Virus record (IMG/VR): IMGVR_UViG_3300032330_000702
Span: 1 to 26,677 of that record
Strand: one strand, 5' to 3'
From: a virus
Taxonomy: Duplodnaviria > Caudoviricetes
DNA: 26,677 bases
A program made the translations under genes and the position numbers. The number at the start of each line of letters is the position of its first letter. Positions within the stretch are counted from its first letter, which is position 1. Shown in pieces: positions 1 to 7,990 of this stretch. The notes under the pieces are model-generated. The model had not been told where the DNA came from and made no database searches. It was given only the letters and a program-made list of their open reading frames with translations.

Positions 1-2104
1 ACAATGTTTTTCTAGCATTTTCTTTGTTGACTCGGTTAGCAATGATATACGAAGTGCCTTTTGAATAAGCACCGATTGCATTAGGAGAAACTTTAATACC
101 CGCTTTTTCTAGCTCTGATGCGTCATTAACAATTTTTAATGTGCCTCTTCTTTGAGCAATATCAATATGTCTACCAAATTCTTTACGCAAGTGATCTGTT
201 AAAGATTCTTTAGTTTCACCTGTATTAGGAAGTGTAACTTGCTCTTCTTTAGCAAATCTTATATTTGGTGATCTTCTATTAAATTCTCCGATATTACCTG
301 AAGCAGATTTTATTTGGTTAGAATCAAACGCAACCCAATGCGGACCATCTTTCATACCATCAAACCCACCAGCTTTAATCACTTCTTGTTCTACTTTAGG
401 ATCCATTCCTGTATAAGGAAGTCTTCCACGGCCTATTAATTCTTCAACTTTTGATTTAACCCATTGAGGATCTTCTGATCCAGTTTCTTGAATAATTTGT
501 TTTGTTAGTGCTTTTTTATAGGCCTCTTCCATGTTTCGACTAACATAATTTTTCTTTTGAACGTCGTATGGATTAGCAACATTAAGATAAACAGGCATTA
601 CATTAGCGCCTTCTTGGGCCTGTCCTTCTTTAGTAGCGTATGATGAAGCTTCTTCTGGGCTTTCAGTAAAGTAAAAACCTTCTACATTACCTAGTCTATT
701 TCGTGTTTCTGCAGGAACAAAAGTATCAAATGACTTATTAGTACCGTGATAAACAACTTTGGGTTTACCATTTTCATCTTTAACTTTTGAACCCATATGC
801 CATTTTTTAAACTCAATAGTGTCAGGTGCTTGTCTAGCTTCTTGAACTTGAGTTAATGCAATGGGCTGTTGCGCTTCTCGTCCATCAGTTGGCTCAACAT
901 TAGTTGTAACCCCAGGAGCTCCAGCTCCGATATTTTCTCCAGCTCCTGTGGGAAGTCTTGATTCAACGGGTCGTCTAGGTACTTGAAGAGTTTCTCCAGC
1001 TCCTGTGGCGTCAGCTTCTCCAGCTCCGGTGATTGGAAGTCCATTTTCTATCCTCATCTCCTGCACATCGGCAGGTTGTTTTTTAACGCCTACTATATCA
1101 GGCTGTGCTTCTGTTGGGGTAACTACGCTAGGCGCAGGCTGTTGAAGTTGTTCTTCAGGAGGGGCACCATATTTTTCTTTGACACGACTTGCAACGGCGC
1201 CAGGTAACCCGAAGCCGAAGCCAGCTACAGCACCTTTGATGCCGGACTCCATAATACGGTTCCAGTCATCAGAATTAAATTTATCTTGGTTGCGTGAAAT
1301 ATATTTTTCAGCTGCAATACTAATAGCTTCTTGAGCACCTTCAGTCAAACCTTCTAATCCAGCAGCTTCAGGTAGTATTGAAATAGCTTTGCGAGCTAGA
1401 CCTGCTTCCATACCAGATTTTTTAAGAAGTTCTTCTACTAAGCCTGCTTTAGCTGGACCTGTAAATTTTCTAAGTATGTAAGCTGGTAATGCTGAGTCTA
1501 ATGCTGCACTTGCCGTTGTAGCAATAGCTGCTGCACCAGGTTCCATTTTGCCTGTAGCGTCATAAATATTTTGGAATACTTCTGGATAGTTTTGTGCGTA
1601 CGAACCTAGATAGACACCTACGCCAGCGCCGGCTGCACGAGACGCACCCATTTTAGCGGCAAGTAATTCACCGCCAACACCAGGTATTAATGAAGTTAAT
1701 AAATTAGGGGCTTGCTCTGCGACAGATTCACCGAAATAAGTTAACCCCGAACCAATATCTTTAACGTCTTTATAGGAAGGAACTTCGGGTTTATTATAGA
1801 TGTTGAGGTAATCTTGAGTAGCTTTAGCTTCTTCCATTTGTTTCTTAGCGTACTCATCAAAACCTAATGATGAAGCAACAGCAGCAGGAAGAACATCACC
1901 AAATGCAGAACCTAATTGGGTAGTACCGCGAGTAAATGCTTTAGATAAGCCCTCACCTAAACCGTAATCTGGTCTAGTAGCGTTAACTTGAGCTTCTAAA
2001 AATTGATCTTGGATTGCAGATATGACTTCTTCTTTAGAAGCGCCTTCTGGTCCATCAATAGAATAGGTTTTGCCGTCCGGTCCTTTTATGCTATACGTTG
2101 GCAT
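1..2104 (-). CDS. Large polyvalent (probably virion-ejected) protein, 3'-truncated by the window edge; contains an ART-PolyVal-like ADP-ribosyltransferase domain (~251-811)
   Basis: Not in the ORF track. ATG at 2104 (MPTYSIKGPDGKTYSIDGPEGAS...), 1 nt after the upstream stop; no stop found in this frame down to position 1. Manual translation gives FKKW..SKVKDENGKPKVVYHGT...GFYFTESPEEASSYA...NVMPVYLNVANP...GGFDG...VAFDSNQIKSASGNIGEFNRRSPNIRF, the pattern of ART domains in phage polyvalent proteins. Confidence 0.85.
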   Translation of the reverse strand, partial: MPTYSIKGPDGKTYSIDGPEGASKEEVISAIQDQFLEAQVNATRPDYGLGEGLSKAFTRGTTQLGSAFGDVLPAAVASSLGFDEYAKKQMEEAKATQDYLNIYNKPEVPSYKDVKDIGSGLTYFGESVAEQAPNLLTSLIPGVGGELLAAKMGASRAAGAGVGVYLGSYAQNYPEVFQNIYDATGKMEPGAAAIATTASAALDSALPAYILRKFTGPAKAGLVEELLKKSGMEAGLARKAISILPEAAGLEGLTEGAQEAISIAAEKYISRNQDKFNSDDWNRIMESGIKGAVAGFGFGLPGAVASRVKEKYGAPPEEQLQQPAPSVVTPTEAQPDIVGVKKQPADVQEMRIENGLPITGAGEADATGAGETLQVPRRPVESRLPTGAGENIGAGAPGVTTNVEPTDGREAQQPIALTQVQEARQAPDTIEFKKWHMGSKVKDENGKPKVVYHGTNKSFDTFVPAETRNRLGNVEGFYFTESPEEASSYATKEGQAQEGANVMPVYLNVANPYDVQKKNYVSRNMEEAYKKALTKQIIQETGSEDPQWVKSKVEELIGRGRLPYTGMDPKVEQEVIKAGGFDGMKDGPHWVAFDSNQIKSASGNIGEFNRRSPNIRFAKEEQVTLPNTGETKESLTDHLRKEFGRHIDIAQRRGTLKIVNDASELEKAGIKVSPNAIGAYSKGTSYIIANRVNKENARKTL
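853..1044 (-). CDS. Small acidic Leu-rich helical protein nested out of frame inside the polyvalent protein gene
   Basis: 63-aa ORF. Upstream minus-strand sequence is AGGAGATGAGGATAGAAA-ATG, with GAGGA 6 nt before the start. Amphipathic ELEKL repeats. The host frame is a low-complexity linker here. Confidence 0.55.
   Translation of the reverse strand: MDFQSPELEKLTPQELEKLFKYLDDPLNQDFPQELEKISELELLGLQLMLSQLMDEKRNSPLH
919..1027. repeat. Four copies of CTCCAGCTCC (919, 937, 994, 1018), including an exact 18-bp repeat TTTCTCCAGCTCCTGTGG (934-951, 991-1008)
   Basis: Read directly. Encodes GAG(E) repeats in the long frame and ELE(K) repeats in the nested frame. Confidence 0.85.
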
Positions 2105-2105
2105 A

Positions 2106-4346
2106 TTATTTAGATACTTTTAAATTTCCCCATGCGGACGAATTAATTACAGGTTTACCTAAAGGTGCGATCATTTCACTTTCAAGTCTTGCACGCGCTT
2201 CATTCATAAGTTTATTATATAACGGATAATTAGGAGATTTAGGATTATTAGAATCACCACCTATTTTATCTAGTATTTTTTTCTCTTCTGCGACCATTAA
2301 ATCTGGTATTTTTTCCCTTACTTTTAATCGTTCTTCAATTGTAGGAACACCTTTAGCTGCTGCGGCAATACCAGTTTTATAAATTTCGGCATCTGTTTTA
2401 TATTTAGTCATTTCCCACTCATTTTTGAGTAAGTTATTTTGCATCTTCTCAGCATGAGCAAGAGCTTCTTTATGCTGTTTAGTATCAGCGCCATATTTAG
2501 CATACGTAAGTTTTTCTTGTCGATCTGCTTTTTCAGCATCAGTAATAAGTTGATATCTTTTTTCTTCTAGCTCTGCTAATTTGTCTTGTGTTTTTTGATA
2601 CTGTTCAATGCCTGATTTACCACGCGCTAAGTTAACTGCAGCATATGGAGAAGTGCCACCAAGAATATCAAGCCCCGCTGTGAGCATAGACATGCCTGCA
2701 TTTCTATCTTCCATGTCTTTAGCGCGGGCTTCCATTTTAGCCATACGAGCATCACGAGCTTCTCTAGATTTATCTGGGCCCATATAGTTTTCTAATTCTG
2801 AAGCGTAATCACTAAGTCCTTTAACAGGTTCAACTTTTGATGGAACAAAACTTGGCTCTTTAATACCTGCTTTAACTGATGTATCTTTAACATCTTCAGT
2901 TTTCGCTGCGGTTTCTTCTTCTTTAGTGGGAGCAACTTCAGTAGCTCTTGGTATATAGCTAGGATAGTTAAAGTTCTGTACGTACGCTTTATTTTCTGGT
3001 GTAGGTACATAACCATAAGACTCTGCAAGATTTTGACCGGCTTTAAGTCCTGCGCCAGCAAATTTAGACGCTATTGCAGAAGGTAAATTAGTCATAGTTT
3101 GAATTACGCTACTAAGGTCTTTAGTAAATGATCGGGGTCTGATCGCATCTTTTTTAGCGTAGTCTGCCTGAACAATCGCTTGGTCTTGTGGGGAAAGAGA
3201 ATTATATGTATCTTCATCGATGCCATATACAACACCGCCAGGCGCATAACCTATTGCACCACCTTGTGCAAAGTTGTAAGCACCACGTATGCCTACGCTA
3301 TCAGGTGAAGCTGTTAAACCTAAGCTATTACCTTCTTGGTTAATTCGTTCTAATAATGCTTGACGAGAATCTACATTGTAGCCTGCACCATAACGCGTAC
3401 CGTTGTCTGTAATGTAACTACCACGAATACTTCTTAATCCCATCGTATTATCTGGTCCTGGCGCTACATCTGCGCCTACTGAAGTTCTACCTGATTGACG
3501 ATCAATGCCCAACGCTCTTGCATCTGGAGCATACCTAGCACTATATTGATTACCTTGGTCAGTCATATAACGGCCATAAAGTTCGCCTCTTGGAACAGAA
3601 GTACCTCGATCATTAACCATACCTGCAAATTCAGCACCTACAGAACCGCGTTGATTACCTACATCAGCACCTATGTTATATTGAGCTGCAATAATTTGTT
3701 TTTCTTCATTTGTAAGCGGAGTAAATCGACTACGTGTTTTAAGGTCTACATCGCCGCCATCATCAAACGCTACAACCCCGCCTTGAGCCATTTGATATGT
3801 TTTTGGTTTTTCTACGGGTTTCATCCCCATATAGGTCAATAAATTTTTTGCATTGGGATCAGTTCTAGCAGCTAATACCATTTTATCTAAATCGCCACTT
3901 GGTCCGAATAATTGAGCAAATATATTATTAGGTGCAATAGTATAATCTTGCATGCCACTAGACCTGCCTAGAGAACTAACTCCAGTATTTAGATTAAGTG
4001 TAGGAAGCTCCTCTAGGTTCATGCCTGTATTACCCCCTTCAGCAAACGCTACGATGCCACCAGCTGCATAGTTCTTTTCGTTATACATTGTTTCGGGAAG
4101 AGGTAAATCTGATATACCTTGGGAGGCTTGTTGCGGCGCTGCACTAGCTACAACTTTTTGAGCCACGGTTGGTTGAGCGCCTTGTGGGGGCATAGCTGAA
4201 GTTTTAAGTTCTTCACGACGTTTTAACTCTGCCAATGCCAATACTGAGGGTACTTGGCCATTTGGGTTTTTAACATAGTTAATAAGTTGCTCTGTAGTAA
4301 CAGCAGGGCTTTTTAAGTGAGATTGAATTTGATCTAAGTTAAACAT
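2106..4346 (-). CDS. Probable internal virion / DNA-ejection protein, modular
   Basis: 746 aa, positioned between a gp7-like gene and the large polyvalent gene. Has three tandem pairs of [FYM]xxGG motifs and a C-terminal charged coiled-coil region. Confidence 0.7.
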   Translation of the reverse strand: MFNLDQIQSHLKSPAVTTEQLINYVKNPNGQVPSVLALAELKRREELKTSAMPPQGAQPTVAQKVVASAAPQQASQGISDLPLPETMYNEKNYAAGGIVAFAEGGNTGMNLEELPTLNLNTGVSSLGRSSGMQDYTIAPNNIFAQLFGPSGDLDKMVLAARTDPNAKNLLTYMGMKPVEKPKTYQMAQGGVVAFDDGGDVDLKTRSRFTPLTNEEKQIIAAQYNIGADVGNQRGSVGAEFAGMVNDRGTSVPRGELYGRYMTDQGNQYSARYAPDARALGIDRQSGRTSVGADVAPGPDNTMGLRSIRGSYITDNGTRYGAGYNVDSRQALLERINQEGNSLGLTASPDSVGIRGAYNFAQGGAIGYAPGGVVYGIDEDTYNSLSPQDQAIVQADYAKKDAIRPRSFTKDLSSVIQTMTNLPSAIASKFAGAGLKAGQNLAESYGYVPTPENKAYVQNFNYPSYIPRATEVAPTKEEETAAKTEDVKDTSVKAGIKEPSFVPSKVEPVKGLSDYASELENYMGPDKSREARDARMAKMEARAKDMEDRNAGMSMLTAGLDILGGTSPYAAVNLARGKSGIEQYQKTQDKLAELEEKRYQLITDAEKADRQEKLTYAKYGADTKQHKEALAHAEKMQNNLLKNEWEMTKYKTDAEIYKTGIAAAAKGVPTIEERLKVREKIPDLMVAEEKKILDKIGGDSNNPKSPNYPLYNKLMNEARARLESEMIAPLGKPVINSSAWGNLKVSK

Positions 4347-4354
4347 ATTTTCCC

Positions 4355-5485
4355 CTAAGCTGTTTTACCTAATACGTTATAGAGACCAAGTCCTGCTAGA
4401 CCTAAACCTGCAATCTGCGAAGCGGTACTAGGCGCTGGCGTATATTGAACTTGCGTAGAACCAAGTGCACCTGCGTTACCACGTAGAATATTACTGAGGT
4501 ATTCAAGTTGTGTTTTAGGATAGTTTTGTTGGGTCAAGAAGTTTTGATAAGCAATATCAAGTGCTTTTTGATTTTGTGCTTGTTGTTGAGCACCGGTAGC
4601 TTCTTGAGCTTGTAATCTAGCCAAATCAGTTGTTTGTTGTTGAGCACCAAGTTGACCGAGCGCTTGTGATCCTTGTAATCCAGCTTGTAAACCTGCTGTA
4701 CCAAGTTGACCAAGAAGTTGAGCTTGTTGGCCATATGCCGCTTGATTAAGTTGTTGAGCTTGTAATGCCCTAGCTTGATCTTGATTAAATTGTGTTTGAG
4801 CGTTTGTATACGCATCTTGTAAACCTTTAGCTCTAATATCTGCAATGTTTTGAGCAGCACCACGATTTTGTTCAGCTTGTAATAAAGCTTGGCGTGCGCC
4901 ACCAAATGTACCGCGACTAATAGCTCCTGTCATACCTGCGGTTTTAGCAAGGTCTCTTTGTTTTTCTGCTTCACGAACTGCTTGATCTGTAACAGCAGAA
5001 GCATAAGGTGACATGTAAGCAGCGGCTGCTGGAGCTCCGAATGTGCCAGTACCTACGCTTATCGGAGTATACCCCATAGCGCCTGTCAATCCTGCAAGTC
5101 CTGCACCTAAACCTAATGTAGAGCCAGCGCCTAAACCCGAAGTAGCCGCACCGAATTGACCCGGTGTAGTCATAGCAAGCGTTTCTTTTTGTGTTGCTAT
5201 TTGTTCTGGAGTAAATGCTGCTTGTTGTGAACCTGTATATGGAGTATAAGGTTGAACGCCGGTTACGTTGCCTGCTGCGTCTGTAGAGTATACTTGCTGA
5301 GCAGTCGACTTCATTAACTGTTCATAGTATGGTTTTGCATATTCAGGTAAGTTAGTAGAATATGAAGTAGAAGTTTGAGATCCGCCTCCACCACCAGATG
5401 AACCACCACCACCCATTTTGAGTGTAAAGAAATCCGTTAGGTCTTCTACCCAATTAAATAAGTTTATTAACTTGCTTGATCTCAT
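4355..5485 (-). CDS. Probable DNA-ejection / pilot protein (P22 gp7-like position), Gln/Ala/Gly-rich
   Basis: 376 aa: short leader then KMGGGGSSGGGGG, Q/A-rich coiled coil, GTFGGARQAL motif and a hydrophobic Gly-rich C-terminus. ATGA overlap with the upstream gene; alternative start at 5416. Confidence 0.7.
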   Translation of the reverse strand: MRSSKLINLFNWVEDLTDFFTLKMGGGGSSGGGGGSQTSTSYSTNLPEYAKPYYEQLMKSTAQQVYSTDAAGNVTGVQPYTPYTGSQQAAFTPEQIATQKETLAMTTPGQFGAATSGLGAGSTLGLGAGLAGLTGAMGYTPISVGTGTFGAPAAAAYMSPYASAVTDQAVREAEKQRDLAKTAGMTGAISRGTFGGARQALLQAEQNRGAAQNIADIRAKGLQDAYTNAQTQFNQDQARALQAQQLNQAAYGQQAQLLGQLGTAGLQAGLQGSQALGQLGAQQQTTDLARLQAQEATGAQQQAQNQKALDIAYQNFLTQQNYPKTQLEYLSNILRGNAGALGSTQVQYTPAPSTASQIAGLGLAGLGLYNVLGKTA

Positions 5486-5895
5486 AAAGTTTTCTCCACT
5501 ACGTTCGTAACTTTTTCAAGTCCTAATTTTATTTTAAATAATCTTGCTTGTGCTTCTTGAGCATACGCTCTAATTTTTGTAACGCCATTACCTCTACACC
5601 AATCTTCATATTGCTTAACTGTATGCTCATCAAATAATCCTTTACCGCCCATGCACGTTGTAAATGCAACTTTGTGATTCATTTGATTAATAACTTCTAC
5701 TGTAAAACACCCAATAATTTCATTACTTTCAACCACTACAAACAATAATTGAAACTCTTTTATTAATAGAACTTTAAGTTGTTCTATATCATAATCACCG
5801 TGTTCATAATTAATAAAAGCTACATTCAACATTGGCCATACAGTTTCCCATAAACCAAGTATATGACCGGGTGCAACTAGTTGTACTGATTTCAT
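5482..5895 (-). CDS. GNAT-fold acyltransferase-like virion assembly protein (P22 gp14 / T7 gp13-like position)
   Basis: 137 aa with LFVVVESNEIIGCFTVE beta-strands, a CMGGKGL loop and WCRGNGVTKIRAY...ARLF..LG. Lies directly upstream of an ejection-protein gene. Confidence 0.6.
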   Translation of the reverse strand: MKSVQLVAPGHILGLWETVWPMLNVAFINYEHGDYDIEQLKVLLIKEFQLLFVVVESNEIIGCFTVEVINQMNHKVAFTTCMGGKGLFDEHTVKQYEDWCRGNGVTKIRAYAQEAQARLFKIKLGLEKVTNVVEKTL

Positions 5896-7946
5896 GCAGG
5901 TAAAAATTTATTAGGGTTAATTTGTTTACCCTGTTTCTTTGTTCCTGTTCTAGCGTGTCTTACTTTGTCTAACATTGCATATAATCTTTTTGATCCTGCT
6001 TTAGAAGAGCCATTACCTAAATGACTTACCACATCTGCAGGTACTACAAATTCACCATCTGCCAAACGTGCTGGTTGTTTTCCTTCTATTGTAGCAGGTA
6101 TTGAGTCCGACATGCCATCACCAGCACCATCTAAATAACCACCTTTAGCCATTTGAGTTCCGCCAATATTTCTAAAATAGAGTCCATTACGGTTGTCAGA
6201 CGCAAAGTTAATACCCGCGTTATTAAATAAACCGCCACGATTAGAATCATCTCTTCCGTGATAACCAAAGTTAATGCCAGCATTATTAAAAAAACCGCGG
6301 TGTTTATCATTATTATCTGAACTAGTTGTAATAGCTACTGCAGGAGTATTTGATCCTGTAATTACATTGAGTGTCGGTAAATTTTCTAGATTTAAAGAAG
6401 GTGTCGGGTCTACAGTGCCGCCTTCAGCAAATTGATTTCTTAAAGGCCTTGCACGATCAAGATAATCTCCAAAAGATTTAATTCCCGCTGCGTTAGGCAT
6501 TACTGGTGTATTTAATTTATCTCCGTATTGAGCAAAAAATCTATTATATAAATCTGAATGTTGAATATCAGGAGTATTAGTTCCAGTATTTATATTAAGT
6601 GTAGGAAGATTATCTAAATTTAAAGAAGGGCGAGGATCAACTTCTCCACCATCAGCATAACCTAAAGTTTTAGCTTGTTGCATTTCTTGCGCACTTGCCA
6701 AGTTACTTAGTCTACCAAGTCCAAATCCATCCGCACTTAAAGGCTGTGTTTGATTGTCAGATGAACCATATAAATCACGAATGCCGCCTGATTGAATAGT
6801 TGGTTGGACTATACCCCCTTCCGCATAACCTGTAGTTGCAGGAAGTTTTAATGATGCGCCTAAGTTTAATGGTGAAGGACCACTCAAGTTTAATGTTCTA
6901 TAAGGATTGAATGCTGATTTTGCAATGTATCCAAAAGTAGGTTTACCTGCAGCATCTACACCAGTTTGTTCGTAGACTTTTTCTTCTTGATCAGATAAGT
7001 TAACTTGTGGATTGAGATCAGACTCTTCTACACCACCTAATAATGCCCCACCAATTGGAAGTCCTATTTTTTTAAATACATCCATATTAGTAGCTGGTTT
7101 TACCGGATTGTAAGTAGAACTAATTATATTACCTGTAGCGTCTTTTGTAACTCCAGTAAGTTCCCCACCACTACCTGGAAGAGAGGCTTTATATGCACTT
7201 AATCCATCTTTTGAAAATAGTTTAGAAGTTCCAGCTTTTAATTTATCTAAATATGTAGGAGCAGCTGTTTGGGCAGCGTTTATAACATTTCCAGCATTAG
7301 CTACCGTATTTGCTCCTGTTAATCCTGCATTCATAGCTTGATTAGTTAGGGCGTTACCTGCAGTATTAGCTAAAGCAGATTGACCAACTATCCCTGCGTT
7401 TCCAACAGTTCCAACACCTAGTCCCGCTCCACCTGCAATACCATTAGGAGTAAAAGGACTTATAAACTGATTTGACGCACCTACTAAAGGGGCCCCAGCC
7501 GCAGTTTGAGTAACATTAGAAACCATAGTTGGTGTCACTCCGCCAGGAGTCGTCGCACCTAAATTGGCTAAAGAATTACCAAGTCCAGCACCACTGTATC
7601 CACCTAGAGCACCAGTAATACCGCCCATTAGTGGATTACCGCCAGTTATAGCTGCTGTTGCAGCACCAGCTAAAATACCTGCACCAATACCTTCCATGCC
7701 GCCAAATAGAGATGCACCAAAACCTGGAAACATTACGCCTGCAGCAACAGGAATCAGAGCTTTAAATACTCCACCAAGTTTAAAAGCTTCTGGCATACCT
7801 GTATGAGGGTTAATAGTCAAAGAAGTGCCATGTTGCTTAGCCAACGCTTGCAAACCTTGTACTTCTTCTTGGTTCATGTGGACGATTAAATCATCACCAT
7901 ATCTACCTAGAGAAGCTATGCCTTTGGCTGTGGAATGTGCTGTCAT
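5892..7946 (-). CDS. Probable internal virion / ejection protein with a tape-measure-like C-terminal GG..SDSIPA..GEFVV domain
   Basis: 684 aa: N-terminal GRYGDDLIVHM...TINPHTGMPEAF module, a hydrophobic Gly/Ala-rich segment, five [FYM][AK]xGG motifs, and C-terminal MAKGGYLDGAGDGMSDSIPATIEGKQPARLADGEFVVPADVV. Confidence 0.7.
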   Translation of the reverse strand: MTAHSTAKGIASLGRYGDDLIVHMNQEEVQGLQALAKQHGTSLTINPHTGMPEAFKLGGVFKALIPVAAGVMFPGFGASLFGGMEGIGAGILAGAATAAITGGNPLMGGITGALGGYSGAGLGNSLANLGATTPGGVTPTMVSNVTQTAAGAPLVGASNQFISPFTPNGIAGGAGLGVGTVGNAGIVGQSALANTAGNALTNQAMNAGLTGANTVANAGNVINAAQTAAPTYLDKLKAGTSKLFSKDGLSAYKASLPGSGGELTGVTKDATGNIISSTYNPVKPATNMDVFKKIGLPIGGALLGGVEESDLNPQVNLSDQEEKVYEQTGVDAAGKPTFGYIAKSAFNPYRTLNLSGPSPLNLGASLKLPATTGYAEGGIVQPTIQSGGIRDLYGSSDNQTQPLSADGFGLGRLSNLASAQEMQQAKTLGYADGGEVDPRPSLNLDNLPTLNINTGTNTPDIQHSDLYNRFFAQYGDKLNTPVMPNAAGIKSFGDYLDRARPLRNQFAEGGTVDPTPSLNLENLPTLNVITGSNTPAVAITTSSDNNDKHRGFFNNAGINFGYHGRDDSNRGGLFNNAGINFASDNRNGLYFRNIGGTQMAKGGYLDGAGDGMSDSIPATIEGKQPARLADGEFVVPADVVSHLGNGSSKAGSKRLYAMLDKVRHARTGTKKQGKQINPNKFLPA
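6204..6293 (-). repeat. Short duplicated peptide FNNAGINF
   Basis: GFFNNAGINF and GLFNNAGINF occur 21 aa apart in the 684-aa protein. Confidence 0.8.
6342..6659 (-). repeat. Two copies of a ~30-aa module ([FY]A[DE]GGxVDPxPSLNLxNLPTLNxxTGxNTP) at ~6570-6659 and ~6342-6431
   Basis: YADGGEVDPRPSLNLDNLPTLNINTGTNTP versus FAEGGTVDPTPSLNLENLPTLNVITGSNTP. Confidence 0.85.
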
Positions 7947-7968
7947 ACGAAGTCCTTGAATTTATCTA

Positions 7969-7977
7969 ATAATATCA
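7969..7977 (-). promoter_or_regulatory. Possible extended -10 promoter (TGATATTAT) upstream of the ejection-protein genes
   Basis: TG-n-TATTAT in one of the few intergenic gaps (7947-7990), followed by an AAGGA RBS. Pattern match only. Confidence 0.3.
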
Positions 7978-7990
7978 TGTTTCTAATGCC

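Noticed and set aside
2792-4905. Same-strand alternative-frame ORFs 2792..3061 and 4534..4905
   Set aside because: Their Leu/Lys/Asn-rich composition is typical of shadow frames. Unlike 853..1044, I saw no convincing RBS or degeneration of the host frame.
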